A stretch of DNA of 32,000 nt from Microcystis aeruginosa NIES-843 (GCF_000010625.1 NC_010296.1:2820001-2852000); one strand, 5' to 3'. Positions 18,474 through 28,430 are shown, numbered from the stretch's first letter. Program-made: numbers and translations. The notes: generated by a model not told the origin, from the sequence alone.

Positions 18474-18902
18474 ATGACCTATCAATATCTGCTTGATACT
18501 AACATCCTATCACATTTGATCAGGTATCCCCAAGGTCAGGTTTTCCAGCATATTGTGGATGTCGGCGAAGAAAGCGTTTGTACGAGCATCATTGTGGCGT
18601 GTGAATTAAGATTTGGAGTGGTTAAAAGTGGTTCCTCCCGTCTGGTGCAGCAACTAGAACGCATCCTGGAGTTCTTGACAGTTTTGCCATTAGAATCAAC
18701 TGTAGATAAGCACTATGCCCTAATTCGTAAACATTTGGAGCAAGCAGGAACCCCAATCGGTCCAAATGATTTACTGATTGCTGCTCATTCTCTAGCGCTT
18801 GATCTGACTCTTGTTACCGCAAATACTCGTGAATTTGAGCGTGTGCCTGCTTTGAAGTTAGAGAATTGGTTGATTGATTCTGTAATAATTTTTGGGGGAT
18901 AA
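18474..18902 (+). CDS. vapC: Type II toxin, PIN-domain ribonuclease VapC
   Basis: 142 aa. It starts YLLDTNILSHLIR (first acidic PIN residue) and has the later motifs E...G, NDLLIAAH and TANTREF. Confidence 0.88.
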   Translation: MTYQYLLDTNILSHLIRYPQGQVFQHIVDVGEESVCTSIIVACELRFGVVKSGSSRLVQQLERILEFLTVLPLESTVDKHYALIRKHLEQAGTPIGPNDLLIAAHSLALDLTLVTANTREFERVPALKLENWLIDSVIIFGG

Positions 18903-18906
18903 TTTG

Positions 18907-19173
18907 TCATAAATGATGTTGCTGATGATGGTTTTGTATATATTCTGCAACTACTTTTTTGCGGTTTTCTCGCAATGACAAATCAGGTGGAGCATTTTCT
19001 AAAAGATGCTGAGGATGACCTCCCCGGCGTTGTGATAAAGTTTTACGCGGTTTTAAGCTTTGCCAATGTTCGTAAATGAGTTTTTTCAGAAGTTCTTCTG
19101 AGCTAATATTCTCTTCAGAAATGATGTCTGCTAGATAGTTCTCGGTTTCTCGATCTAGATTAATCGATAACAT
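18907..19173 (-). CDS. Small protein with a possible ribbon-helix-helix N-terminus (orphan antitoxin-like)
   Basis: 88 aa. MLSINLDRETENYLADI... resembles the beta-strand plus helix start of CopG/RHH antitoxins. The gene is convergent with vapC, 4 nt apart. No partner toxin ORF is seen. Confidence 0.4.
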   Translation of the reverse strand: MLSINLDRETENYLADIISEENISSEELLKKLIYEHWQSLKPRKTLSQRRGGHPQHLLENAPPDLSLRENRKKVVAEYIQNHHQQHHL

Positions 19174-19277
19174 TGTTACCTCATGGGATAAATCAATATC
19201 TTTGATTATAGTTGAAAATCCATGATCGCACTACAGATAATCGCACTCACCCCCCCATCCCCAAATGGTAAAATGTT

Positions 19278-19308
19278 TTATGACATATAATTAATTTGCA
19301 AGAGTTCT
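19278..19308 (+). repeat. Solo copy of the right inverted repeat of the IS at 16559-17967
   Basis: TTATGACATATAATTAATTTGCAAGAGTTCT matches 17937-17967 at 30 of 31 positions in the same orientation. Similarity stops at both edges. Confidence 0.85.
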
Positions 19309-19390
19309 TATCTATCATTAATTTATTTGGTGCGTTACGCTATCGAAGGGCGCACCCTACTGGACTTTTTCAGTTACTATTTTCTTGCAC

Positions 19391-19458
19391 TAACATCAGA
19401 TTTTAACAGGTCAAAAGACCTATTTTAAAAGGGTTTTACCATTATTCAGCAAACCCTA
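19391..19458 (-). mobile_element. TA-flanked MITE family, partial copy D
   Basis: AACATCAGATTTTAACAGGTCAAAAGACCTATTTTAAAAGGGTTTTACCATTATTCAGCAAACCCTA is the reverse complement of the left third of copy A. Its terminal CTA is the complement of the glycosyltransferase stop codon. Confidence 0.7.
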
Positions 19459-20643
19459 ATTAGGATAAACTCGCCCTTTCCAACCTCCCCCTTGGCCGCG
19501 CCAATAACGCAGGGCAGAATCGACGGTCATTAAACTATAAAAGAGGGCAATTAGTGGTAAAGTTAAAGCCCGCAGGGGGGATAATTTATATAGTCTTAAA
19601 GTCGGGCTATAGGAAAGGGCGATTAGTAATAAGGTGACGGCGCTAATTATGATAATTGATGTTTCTTTTAAGACTAATCCCCAGATTAAACCCAAGGGGG
19701 CGGCTAAATAGGTTAAAAACATCCCGAAAATTGTCCCGATTAACCAAAGTGTTGAGTAATTTAGTTGCGTAAATGCGGTGCGGGCTACCATATTCCAAAT
19801 GCTGGCTAAATCGGGATAGGGACGGAGACTATAGGTGGTTTCTGTTAATCCTAACCAGATGGAACTCTCGGTATTTTCGGGGTGATTTTGCAGATATTTT
19901 TTAACCGCAATCGCCAAAGAACAATCATCAATTAAAGCTTGTTTAAGAATCTCAATACCGCCAATTTTTTCTAGGATATCTCGGCGAATTAAAATGCAAC
20001 CCCCGGCGGCGGCTGCTATCGGGGAATTAGGATTATTAACTAGGGGAAAAGGATAGAGTTTCTCGAAGAAAAAAACAAAGGCAGGAATGAGAAATTTTTC
20101 CCAAAAACTGTCACAGCGTAGCAACACCATCAGGGAAACTAAAGCTTGTTTTTCCTGTACTGCTTTAGTAACTAATTGGGTTAAATTATCTGGTGCGTGG
20201 GCAATATCGGCATCGGTGAAGAGAAAATAATCGGGTGCGAATTTCTCGGTAGCCTCTTTTATTCCCTGTTTCATTGCCCATAATTTACCCGTCCATCCTA
20301 TCTCTAAAGGTTGTCCAGAAATAATAGTTATTTGTCCAAATTTATGATATTTATCAGCAATTTCTTGGGCAACTTTTTCCGTACCATCACTGCTTTGATC
20401 GTCAATTAAAACAATCGAAAGTTCTCCTTGATAATCTTGGTTAAAGAGGGAGGTTAAACTCATAGGTAAAACGTCGGCTTCGTTTCGTGCGGGGATAATT
20501 GCCGAGACTTTTGGATAATTTGTTAAAGGAGAGGTGACAGGATTAATTTTTTGGTTAGATAGCCAAAATTGTCCCCTGGCTAAGATTAAATATAACCAAA
20601 TTATTAGCGATAGGAAAGTAACTAATAATAATAAAAATGTCAT
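19456..20643 (-). CDS. Family 2 glycosyltransferase, membrane-bound
   Basis: 395 aa. It has an N-terminal TM helix, SAIIPARNE, IDDQSSDGT, a DxD-like motif in FTDADIAH, and C-terminal TM helices. It might be HpnB-like, but I cannot establish that. Confidence 0.8.
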   Translation of the reverse strand: MTFLLLLVTFLSLIIWLYLILARGQFWLSNQKINPVTSPLTNYPKVSAIIPARNEADVLPMSLTSLFNQDYQGELSIVLIDDQSSDGTEKVAQEIADKYHKFGQITIISGQPLEIGWTGKLWAMKQGIKEATEKFAPDYFLFTDADIAHAPDNLTQLVTKAVQEKQALVSLMVLLRCDSFWEKFLIPAFVFFFEKLYPFPLVNNPNSPIAAAAGGCILIRRDILEKIGGIEILKQALIDDCSLAIAVKKYLQNHPENTESSIWLGLTETTYSLRPYPDLASIWNMVARTAFTQLNYSTLWLIGTIFGMFLTYLAAPLGLIWGLVLKETSIIIISAVTLLLIALSYSPTLRLYKLSPLRALTLPLIALFYSLMTVDSALRYWRGQGGGWKGRVYPN

Positions 20644-20691
20644 AAGTTAGTCCACATTTTGATGAGGGAATAGGGAACAGGTCAAAAAGAG

Positions 20692-20844
20692 TAAGTAGGT
20701 AGGTGTTAAAAGTTGTCAGACACCCCCCTTATCAAGGGGGGCAGGGGGGATCCCCCCGCCTATCGGCACCCCCCTAATCAAGGGGGGATCAAGGGGGGAT
20801 TAAAGGCAAAATCCATTTTTAATTTAATTATAACCAGCTACTTA
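20692..20844. mobile_element. G6/C6-rich MITE-like element (copy 2)
   Basis: It shares TAAGTAGGTAGGTGTTAAAAGTTGTCAGACACCCCCCTTATCAAGGGGGGCAGGGGGGATCCCCCCGCCTATCGGC and the AATTTAATTATAAC..CTACTTA end with 11422-11617. It has fewer internal units. Confidence 0.75.
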
Positions 20845-20946
20845 TCAAATTTAGATGCACAACAGCTTCATAAGTTTGGGGTTTAACAGAGGGCGATTTA
20901 GGGTAAAATAAAAGCAAGTTAGCAAGATTAGGCGAGGGAGTAAATC

Positions 20947-22170
20947 ATGGATTATGATGTCGTAATTATTGGGGGTGGACCGGCGGGAGGTCACTGTGGT
21001 AGATTATTAAGTGAAAAAGGTTATCGTGTTCTTTTAGTGGAACAACATTCTAGTTGGCAAGATAATAACTTTTCTAGTGCCGCTTCTCCCCTAGAAATTT
21101 TAGAACAATTCAATCTCCCCGAAACCGTAGTGGCTAGGTTTTGGAAAAATATCGAAATTATCTCCACTAGCATACATCATTTTTGGTCATCACCGCAACC
21201 TTTAGGGGTAGTTTTTGATTTTGCCAAATTGCGAGAGTTTTTAGCGGCGGAAGTGCTGCGTTGGGGGGGAGAAGTTCGTTTAGGTTGTCGTTATCTGAAA
21301 TATCAACAGATGGAGGATAAGCTAACTGTTTTCTTGAAATCAAAAGGCGAGGAAATCGAAACAGTTAATACTCGTTTATTGGTTGATGCCACGGGATACG
21401 CTAGAGCAGTTATGTATAAACACAGACGAGAAAAACCTAATTTTTTAAAAGCAGTGGGCATTGAATATTTAATTGCTGTGCCAGAATTAGATTATCAAAA
21501 GTATCAAGATAATTTAGTTTTTTTTCTCGGTCATAAATGGAGTCCTAAAGGTTATAGTTGGATTTTTCCTATGGATAATCAGCAATTAAAAATAGGAGCT
21601 GCTTGGTTAGAGGGAGAACATCCTTATATTTCTGAAGTTAAGCCTTTAAAAAGTTATATTACACAAATTATTCAAACCTACATGAATCTCTCTAAATATG
21701 AGATAATCGACATCCATGGTTCTATTTTAGAATATTCGCTCAATCTGCAAGATATTTATTATCAAGAACCGAATATTATAGCGATTGGTGATGCTGTTTC
21801 TACGGTTAACTTTTTAGGAGGGGAAGGTATTCGCTATGCTATGAAAGGAGCCGAAATTGCTTGTCAATACATGGAAGAATATTTACAGGGAAAATCGAGT
21901 AGTTTTGCCCCTTATCAACAGAGGATGCAAGAATATTTTCAACCCAAATGGAATTTATCTGCTCGCCTCAGTCGCAAAGTTTATTTAGAATATAGTGATG
22001 CGCGTATCGATCAAGGAGTATCCTATCTCAAGTATCTTGCCACCCAGGATATAATCGACGTTTTATTTTACTACAAATTTGAAAAATACACAAAAGGTTT
22101 AGGAGGATTTCTGCTGGGGAAATTACGTCAATGGTGGCACCGAATTTTCCCTAGTCAAAAACCTGAGTAA
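20947..22170 (+). CDS. FAD-dependent oxidoreductase, geranylgeranyl-reductase-like family
   Basis: 407 aa. It has an N-terminal DVVIIGGGPAGG Rossmann motif followed by ..LLVEQ, and a later GDA motif (IAIGDAVS). Confidence 0.8.
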   Translation: MDYDVVIIGGGPAGGHCGRLLSEKGYRVLLVEQHSSWQDNNFSSAASPLEILEQFNLPETVVARFWKNIEIISTSIHHFWSSPQPLGVVFDFAKLREFLAAEVLRWGGEVRLGCRYLKYQQMEDKLTVFLKSKGEEIETVNTRLLVDATGYARAVMYKHRREKPNFLKAVGIEYLIAVPELDYQKYQDNLVFFLGHKWSPKGYSWIFPMDNQQLKIGAAWLEGEHPYISEVKPLKSYITQIIQTYMNLSKYEIIDIHGSILEYSLNLQDIYYQEPNIIAIGDAVSTVNFLGGEGIRYAMKGAEIACQYMEEYLQGKSSSFAPYQQRMQEYFQPKWNLSARLSRKVYLEYSDARIDQGVSYLKYLATQDIIDVLFYYKFEKYTKGLGGFLLGKLRQWWHRIFPSQKPE

Positions 22171-22200
22171 ATAGGCTAGGATAAAGCTAAGGAAACAATA

Positions 22201-23403
22201 TTGGTAAAGACCGTGAGTAAGTTTATTCGCTACAGTACAATTATCACTCTGCTGGGTATTTTAGGAGCCTGTAGTGGCAATCCTGCCCTAGAAAATCGTC
22301 TGGCTGCCGATCCTAATCTACAAACAAATCCCATACCAGAAAACTCTCCTAATAACCAGCAATTACCCGCAAATTTTCCCGCAGAAATTCCTCGATATAG
22401 TCAATCAGAATTATTATCCGTGCAGACAAATCCTGATAATACCGGTGGACAAACCCGTTGGCAATCCAACGATCCCAGCAATGCGATCGAGGCTTTTTAT
22501 CAACAGGAATTAGTTAATAATAATTGGGAAATTATCACTCCCTTTTCTGGGGAAGGAGTTAATAGCACCTTGACAGCCCGTCGAGATAATTTAGAATTAA
22601 CTATCACCATAACTGCCACTTCTCCCAATACGGAATATAGCCTCGATTATCGTCCAACGGGAACCCCGATTGCTTCCCCTAGTCCCTCCCCCATTTCTTC
22701 CCCCTTACCCAATCTTAATCCCACCAGTTTTAACGATCTCGAATCCTTACCTAATCCCTTAAAAAGCCACATTCAAGACTTAGCTAGATTAGGAGTATTA
22801 ACAGGTAATAACAATCAGTTTAACCCTAATGATACAATAACGCGCCGAGAATTTGCTCGCTGGTTGTTACAGGCTAATAATGCCATTTATGCCAATGTAG
22901 CGGGTAAACAAATCCGTTTAGCTACTCCCAATAGTTCCCCAGCTTTTAGTGATGTTAAAAATAACGATCCCGATTATATTTATATTCAAGGATTAGCGGA
23001 AGCGGGGTTAATTCCCTCTCCTTTAACGGGAGATAGTAGCGCCCTTTTATTCCGTCCCAATGCTCCTTTAACCCGGGAAGATTTAATCGCGTGGAAAGTG
23101 CCATTAGATATTAGAAAAGCTTTACCGAGTGCCAATCTTGATACGATTAAAAATACTTGGGGTTTTCAGGATACTAATAAAATTAACCCGCAGCTGGTGC
23201 GCGCTCTTTATGCCGATTTTCAAAATGCCGAACAAGCCAATATTCGGCGAGTTTTTGGTTTTACTACCCTATTTCAGCCAAAAAGACCGGTAAATCGCGC
23301 TGAAGCTGCCGCTACTTTATGGTATTTTGGTTTTCAGGGTGATGGTGTTTCTGCTGCCGATGCTTTGCAGGGTCAAGATACGCAACAGAGTGGGGTTAAT
23401 TAG
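22201..23403 (+). CDS. SLH-domain lipoprotein
   Basis: 400 aa with a lipobox LLGILGAC and a Pro/Ser-rich linker. SLH-like segments are present (DLARLGVLTG...FNPNDTITRREFARWLL; YIQGLAEAGLIP). The start is TTG at 22201 or GTG at 22213. The TAG stop is the first 3 nt of the adjacent MITE. Confidence 0.75.
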   Translation: MVKTVSKFIRYSTIITLLGILGACSGNPALENRLAADPNLQTNPIPENSPNNQQLPANFPAEIPRYSQSELLSVQTNPDNTGGQTRWQSNDPSNAIEAFYQQELVNNNWEIITPFSGEGVNSTLTARRDNLELTITITATSPNTEYSLDYRPTGTPIASPSPSPISSPLPNLNPTSFNDLESLPNPLKSHIQDLARLGVLTGNNNQFNPNDTITRREFARWLLQANNAIYANVAGKQIRLATPNSSPAFSDVKNNDPDYIYIQGLAEAGLIPSPLTGDSSALLFRPNAPLTREDLIAWKVPLDIRKALPSANLDTIKNTWGFQDTNKINPQLVRALYADFQNAEQANIRRVFGFTTLFQPKRPVNRAEAAATLWYFGFQGDGVSAADALQGQDTQQSGVN

Positions 23404-23625
23404 GGTTTGCGGCAAAAAGTTTTTCCTGGGGGCAGGGTGTGGGGTGTGGGGTGTGGGGTGTGGGGTGTAGGGTTTTACCGATTTTGAGGGGGTCAATTAC
23501 CTAATTTTCAGGGAAAAAGTCCAGGAATTTTCCCCCCGATCACTCGCATATCCGGTACTTTTTGATTGACAAAAAGTCTAAAAGTCTTACCCAACAAGGT
23601 TTTTAGATTTATTCAGCAAGCCCTA
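23401..23625 (-). mobile_element. TA-flanked MITE family, copy C (inverted relative to copy A)
   Basis: It starts TAGGGTTTGCGGCAAAAAGTTT and ends TTATTCAGCAAGCCCTA, flanked AAT-TA ... TA-ATT. It contains (GGGGTGT)5 at about 23436-23470. Confidence 0.75.
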
Positions 23626-23786
23626 ATTGAAATTTGTCCATAAAAATTAAGGGTGTGTTAGGAAAATACAAGCACTCTTTTTGACATTTCTTCATATCTA
23701 TTCAGAAAAATTAACAAAGGATTCTTGACCCGGCAGCTAGGGGAATATTTTATGCTAAAGATATAACTCTGCTGCGGGGGATTTTC

Positions 23787-26033
23787 TTGCTGACTTCCGC
23801 TGCTATTAAAATTATGACCCATCAAACTCTCAAACTCGCCGGGATGAGTTGCGCTGGTTGTGCTAATTCGATCGAACGGATAATTAAATCTATCCCCGGA
23901 GTGATTCAATGTCAAGTTAATTTTGGCATGGAACAGGTGGATGTGGACTATGATCCCAAGCGTACCGATCTTAACACTATTCAAGCAAAAGTTAGGGATG
24001 CCGGTTTCCGGGCTACACCGATAACGGAAATTAATCTCGAATCCAGGCCAGAAAAAGAACTTCTCACTAAACTATCGATCGCTATTGTTATTAGCATTAT
24101 ACTTTTTATCGGTTCTTTGCCGATGATGACGGGTTTATCTCTATCTTTTATTCCCCACTGGTTACACGCTCCCTTATTCCAATTAATTCTCGCTACTCCC
24201 GTCCAATTTTGGTGTGGTCAAAGTTTTTATAAAAATGCTTGGAAAGCCTTTAAAAACCGCACTGCCACCATGGACACTTTAGTAGTTTTGGGAACCAGTG
24301 CCGCCTATTTTTATTCCCTGTTTTTAACCTTCGGGAGCGATTTTATCGAAAAACAGGGGTTTAATTCCCATGTCTATTACGAAGCATCAGCTATCGTCAT
24401 TACTCTGATTTTACTCGGTCGTTTCCTCGAAAAACGTGCCAGAAAAGAAACGGCCGCCGCTATTAAACAATTAATGAGATTACAGGCAAAAACTGCTAGG
24501 GTGATTAGGGAAGAACAGACGCTAGATCTACCGATCGAAGAGGTAAAAGTAGGAGATATAATTTTAGTGCGTCCGGGAGAAAAAATTCCCGTCGATGGCA
24601 TAATTATCCAAGGCAGTTCTAGCATTGATGAATCGATGGTGACAGGGGAAAGTTTACCCGTGCGAAAAACCGTCAATCAACAGGTAATCGGGGCGACAAT
24701 TAATAAAACCGGTAGCCTACAAATGCAAGCGTTACGAGTGGGAAAAGATACGGTTTTAGCTCAGATTGTCCGATTAGTGCAAACCGCACAAGCATCAAAA
24801 GCACCTATACAAAGATTAGTCGATCGAGTGACCGCTTATTTTGTGCCGGTGGTGATGATTATTGCGGTAATAACTTTCTTATTTTGGATTCTCCGCACGG
24901 GTAATCTCACCCTCGCTTTGATTACAATGGTGGAAGTCTTAATTATCGCCTGTCCCTGTGCGCTAGGATTAGCTACACCCACCTCGATTATGGTGGGAAC
25001 AGGACAGGGAGCAAAACAGGGAATTTTAATTAAAAATGCCGAAAGTTTAGAATTAGCCCAGGGCATTACTACTATTGTTCTAGATAAAACCGGAACTCTC
25101 ACCCAGGGTAAACCAACGGTGACGGACTTCTTGACTCGCGAAGGGGTGGGGGATGGACGGGAATTATCGCTGCTGCAGTTAGTCGTATCGGTGGAGAATC
25201 ATTCTGAACACCCGTTAGGAGAAGCAATAGTTAAATATGGGCGGTTAAACGCCATTAAAACCCTAGAAGTAAGCGAATTTGACTCAATAACCGGGTCAGG
25301 ATTGCAGGGAAAAGTCGGGTCAGATTTCGTGCAAATTGGTACACAACAATGGTTAGAAAGTCAAGGGATCGAAACAAAAGTTCTTAAAAAAGTCGCCCAC
25401 GATTGGGAATGGCAGAAAAAAACCGTGGCTTGGATAGCGGTTAACGGTGGTTTAGAGGGGGTTATCGCCATTTCCGACGTTTTAAAACCTTTTTCTTCTT
25501 CAGTGGTCGCCAAGCTCAAAAAAATGGGCTTAGAGGTGATGATGATGACGGGGGACAACCTCGAAACCGCAGAAGCGATCGCCAGCGAGTTGGGTATCCG
25601 GCGTTTTTTTGCCGCACTCCGTCCCCAACAAAAAGCCGAAAAAATCGAATATTTGCAGAAAAAAGGGAAAATAGTCGCCATGGTTGGAGATGGCATCAAT
25701 GATGCGATCGCATTGGCGCAAGCGGACTTAGGTATTGCCATTGGCACGGGGACCGATGTAGCGATCGCTGCGAGCGATATAACCTTAATTTCGGGAGATT
25801 TACAGGGAATTGTGACTGCTATTGAGTTAAGTCGGGCAACAATGCGAAATATCAAAGAAAATCTCTTTTTTGCTTTTATTTATAACCTGATTGCCATTCC
25901 CATCGCTGCCGGAGTCCTCTATCCTTTTCTGCTCAATCCGATTATTGCCGGTGCTGCCATGGCTTTAAGTTCCCTTTCCGTGGTGACGAATGCTTTACGA
26001 TTGCGTCGAGTTCATCCCAGGGTGGAGGGATAA
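23787..26033 (+). CDS. Copper-translocating P1B-type ATPase (CopA/PacS/CtaA type)
   Basis: It has an N-terminal HMA motif GMSCAGC, the TM CPC motif ([12 protein letters not shown]), DKTGTLT, SEHPL and GDGINDA. The true start is more likely the ATG at 23814 (MTHQTLKL) than the TTG at 23787. Confidence 0.93.
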   Translation: MLTSAAIKIMTHQTLKLAGMSCAGCANSIERIIKSIPGVIQCQVNFGMEQVDVDYDPKRTDLNTIQAKVRDAGFRATPITEINLESRPEKELLTKLSIAIVISIILFIGSLPMMTGLSLSFIPHWLHAPLFQLILATPVQFWCGQSFYKNAWKAFKNRTATMDTLVVLGTSAAYFYSLFLTFGSDFIEKQGFNSHVYYEASAIVITLILLGRFLEKRARKETAAAIKQLMRLQAKTARVIREEQTLDLPIEEVKVGDIILVRPGEKIPVDGIIIQGSSSIDESMVTGESLPVRKTVNQQVIGATINKTGSLQMQALRVGKDTVLAQIVRLVQTAQASKAPIQRLVDRVTAYFVPVVMIIAVITFLFWILRTGNLTLALITMVEVLIIACPCALGLATPTSIMVGTGQGAKQGILIKNAESLELAQGITTIVLDKTGTLTQGKPTVTDFLTREGVGDGRELSLLQLVVSVENHSEHPLGEAIVKYGRLNAIKTLEVSEFDSITGSGLQGKVGSDFVQIGTQQWLESQGIETKVLKKVAHDWEWQKKTVAWIAVNGGLEGVIAISDVLKPFSSSVVAKLKKMGLEVMMMTGDNLETAEAIASELGIRRFFAALRPQQKAEKIEYLQKKGKIVAMVGDGINDAIALAQADLGIAIGTGTDVAIAASDITLISGDLQGIVTAIELSRATMRNIKENLFFAFIYNLIAIPIAAGVLYPFLLNPIIAGAAMALSSLSVVTNALRLRRVHPRVEG

Positions 26034-26123
26034 CTTTCGTTAACAATTCTTAAGGAAAAACTAGAAAAATTAGCTGTACGGGGGATGATACCGTAGAAAA
26101 GGCAATAGAATAATCATCCTGAT

Positions 26124-27176
26124 ATGACTGACTCCCCTGAAATACCTTATTTATTACGCGCTGCCAAAGGAGAAATCTTACCCCGTCCTCCCGTGTGGAT
26201 GATGAGACAAGCAGGACGTTATATGCAGATTTATCGGGAATTGCGGGATAAATACCCCAGTTTTCGGGAAAGATCGGAAAATGCCGATTTAGCGATCGAA
26301 ATCTCCCTGCAACCCTGGCGCGCTTTTCAACCGGATGGGGTGATCATGTTCTCCGATATCCTCACTCCCCTAGCGGGAATCGGTATTCCCTTTGATATTA
26401 TCGAAAGTAAGGGGCCGATTATCGATTCTCCCATTCGTACTCAAGCGCAGGTGGACCAACTTAATCCCCTCGATCCCGATCAGTCTTTACCTTTTATCAA
26501 AACGATTTTAAAAACCCTGCGTCAAGAGGTGGGAAACAAATCCACTGTCCTCGGTTTTGTCGGAGCGCCTTGGACTTTAGCAGCATACGCAGTGGAAGGG
26601 AAAGGTTCTAAAAGTTATTCTGTGATTAAAGGGATGGCTTTTTCGGAACCCTCGGTACTGCACCAATTTTTAGATAAATTAGCGGATATGATCGCCACTT
26701 ATGTCCGTTATCAAATTGATTGTGGGGCGCAAGTGGTACAAATGTTCGACTCTTGGGCGGGTCAATTAACTCCCCAAGATTACGATGTTTTTGCCTTACC
26801 CTATCAACAAAAAGTAGTTCGTTTGGTGAAAGAAACCCATCCCGATACACCGTTAATTCTCTACATTAGTGGCAGCGCCGGCGTTTTGGAAAGAATGGGT
26901 AAATCGGGGGTTGATATTATTAGCGTCGATTGGACCGTGGATCTGGCGGAAGCGAGACAGCGTTTAGGTAAAGCGATGATGGTTCAAGGTAATATCGATC
27001 CGGGGGTTTTATTCGGTTCCCAGTCCTTTATTCGCGAGCGGATTATTGATACTATTCGTAAAGCAGGTAATCAAGGTCATATTCTTAATTTAGGTCATGG
27101 TGTTTTGGTGGGAACTCCTGAAGATAACGTGCGTTTCTTCTTTGAAACTGCTAAACAATTTAGTTATCAGGACTAG
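26124..27176 (+). CDS. hemE: Uroporphyrinogen decarboxylase
   Basis: 350 aa with the signature [12 protein letters not shown] near the N-terminus and the typical length. Confidence 0.93.
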   Translation: MTDSPEIPYLLRAAKGEILPRPPVWMMRQAGRYMQIYRELRDKYPSFRERSENADLAIEISLQPWRAFQPDGVIMFSDILTPLAGIGIPFDIIESKGPIIDSPIRTQAQVDQLNPLDPDQSLPFIKTILKTLRQEVGNKSTVLGFVGAPWTLAAYAVEGKGSKSYSVIKGMAFSEPSVLHQFLDKLADMIATYVRYQIDCGAQVVQMFDSWAGQLTPQDYDVFALPYQQKVVRLVKETHPDTPLILYISGSAGVLERMGKSGVDIISVDWTVDLAEARQRLGKAMMVQGNIDPGVLFGSQSFIRERIIDTIRKAGNQGHILNLGHGVLVGTPEDNVRFFFETAKQFSYQD

Positions 27177-27296
27177 GGAACAGGAAATGGGGAAATGGGG
27201 AAATGGGGGAATGGGGGAATGGGGAAATGGGGAAATTCAACTAAAACCCTAAAACCCTAAAACCCTAACACCCTAAAACCCTAAAACCCCAACACC
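27177..27296 (+). repeat. STRR-type cassette: (GGGGAAT/GGGGAAAT)n, linker TTCAACTAA, then (AACCCTA)n
   Basis: Read directly from the sequence. The reverse complement of 13396-13492 has the same architecture and linker (CAGGAAATGGGG ... GGAATTCAACTAATACCCCAAAACCCC). Confidence 0.9.
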
Positions 27297-27360
27297 GGTT
27301 TTTACTTTTGACTTTTGACTTTCACACTGTCCCCTAAATTCTGCCGTATCAATTAAAATA

Positions 27361-28308
27361 ATGAAAAAAATATTTCTAACGGGTGTGAGTGGCTGTATTG
27401 GGCATTATATCGCTGAGATTTTACTGGAAAATCCCGACTATGAATTATATTTTTTAGTTCGTAATCCAGAGAAGTTAAAATTTACTTACCAAGGGCGATC
27501 AAATGTTCATATACTTTTAGGCGATATGCAAAATATTGGGGTATATGCCGATCTTTTAAAAACAATGAATATAGCGGTTTTAATCGCTACCAGTTGGGGA
27601 GGAGAGGAGGAAAGTTATCAGATTAATGTGGTAAAAACCCTAGAATTAATTAGTTATTTAGATGCTCAAATCTGCGAGAAAGTCCTCTACTTTTCTACTG
27701 CCAGCATTCTCAATCAAAATAATCAACCTTTACCGGAAGCTGGGGAGATAGGAACTAATTATATCCGCACTAAATATATTTGTTATAGTAAATTTGCTCA
27801 CCTAGAAATCGCCGATAAAATTATCACTTTATACCCCACTTTTGTCTTAGGTGGTGACGAAAATAAACCCTATTCTCATATCTATGGGGGTTTACCGGAT
27901 GTGTTGAAATATATCGGTTTAGTGCGTTGGTTTCAAGCTGATGGCAGTTTTCATTTTATCCATGCCAAAGATATAGCTCAAGTGGTGAATTATTTAATCG
28001 AAAATCCCGCACCAGAAAGCAAAATTGTCCTAGGCAATCAACGCACAACAGCTAACCAAGCAGTGGAGGAAATCTGTACTTATTTAAACAAAAAAATCTA
28101 TTTTCGCATTCCTTTATCTTTAACCATTGCTAACTTTTTTATCAAAGTTTTTAACTTGCAGATGGAAGCATGGGACCGTTTTGCCATGAATTATCGCCAC
28201 TTCACCCACATAAAAACCTATACTCCTGCTGATTTTGGTTTAAAAAACTATTGTTCCACCCTCGATGATGTTTTAACCCTGCGAGGAATTCCCCGAAAAA
28301 AACCCTAA
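27361..28308 (+). CDS. NAD-dependent epimerase/dehydratase family (SDR) protein
   Basis: 315 aa with an N-terminal LTGVSGCIGHYI glycine-rich Rossmann motif. A YxxxK-like motif is present (YIRTKY). Confidence 0.75.
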   Translation: MKKIFLTGVSGCIGHYIAEILLENPDYELYFLVRNPEKLKFTYQGRSNVHILLGDMQNIGVYADLLKTMNIAVLIATSWGGEEESYQINVVKTLELISYLDAQICEKVLYFSTASILNQNNQPLPEAGEIGTNYIRTKYICYSKFAHLEIADKIITLYPTFVLGGDENKPYSHIYGGLPDVLKYIGLVRWFQADGSFHFIHAKDIAQVVNYLIENPAPESKIVLGNQRTTANQAVEEICTYLNKKIYFRIPLSLTIANFFIKVFNLQMEAWDRFAMNYRHFTHIKTYTPADFGLKNYCSTLDDVLTLRGIPRKKP

Positions 28309-28354
28309 GTAGTTGGGCTGCGGGGTTTGGGGGAGGCACTTCGTCCCCCGACGG

Positions 28355-28430
28355 GTAGGGTTGATTCATGAATCAACCCTACCTTGAATCAACCCTACCT
28401 TGAATCAACCCTACCTTGAATCAACCCTAG
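28355..28430. repeat. 28-bp perfect palindrome GTAGGGTTGATTCATGAATCAACCCTAC followed by 3 more tandem copies of its right arm (CTTGAATCAACCCTAC); candidate bidirectional terminator
   Basis: Read directly from the sequence. It lies between convergent genes ending at 28308 (+) and 28513 (-). It is flanked by two further G/C hairpins, GGGGGAggcacttcgTCCCCC and TTGGGGGGtagaaCCCCCCAA. Confidence 0.85.

Noticed and set aside
23725-23756. TTGACC followed about 20 nt later by TATGCT upstream of the Cu-ATPase, as a possible MerR/CueR-type long-spacer promoter
   Set aside because: There is no convincing dyad operator between the hexamers, and other -10 candidates exist. The evidence is too weak to call.
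23658-23984. 108-aa minus-strand ORF overlapping the ATPase start region
   Set aside because: It overlaps the HMA-domain coding sequence in antisense. It has no motif and is probably spurious.
24377-25855. Minus-strand ORFs inside the P-type ATPase gene, and similar ones at 10099-10320, 10568-10768, 26626-26850, 28755-28943, 29424-29618 and 29943-30149
   Set aside because: These are antisense shadow ORFs of confidently identified genes.
27241-27290. (CCCTAAA)n, identical to the plant-type telomere repeat, and T4G4 units at 13405-13424
   Set aside because: These are short internal tracts within a bacterial intergenic STRR cassette. The resemblance to eukaryotic telomeres is coincidental, apart from shared G4 potential.
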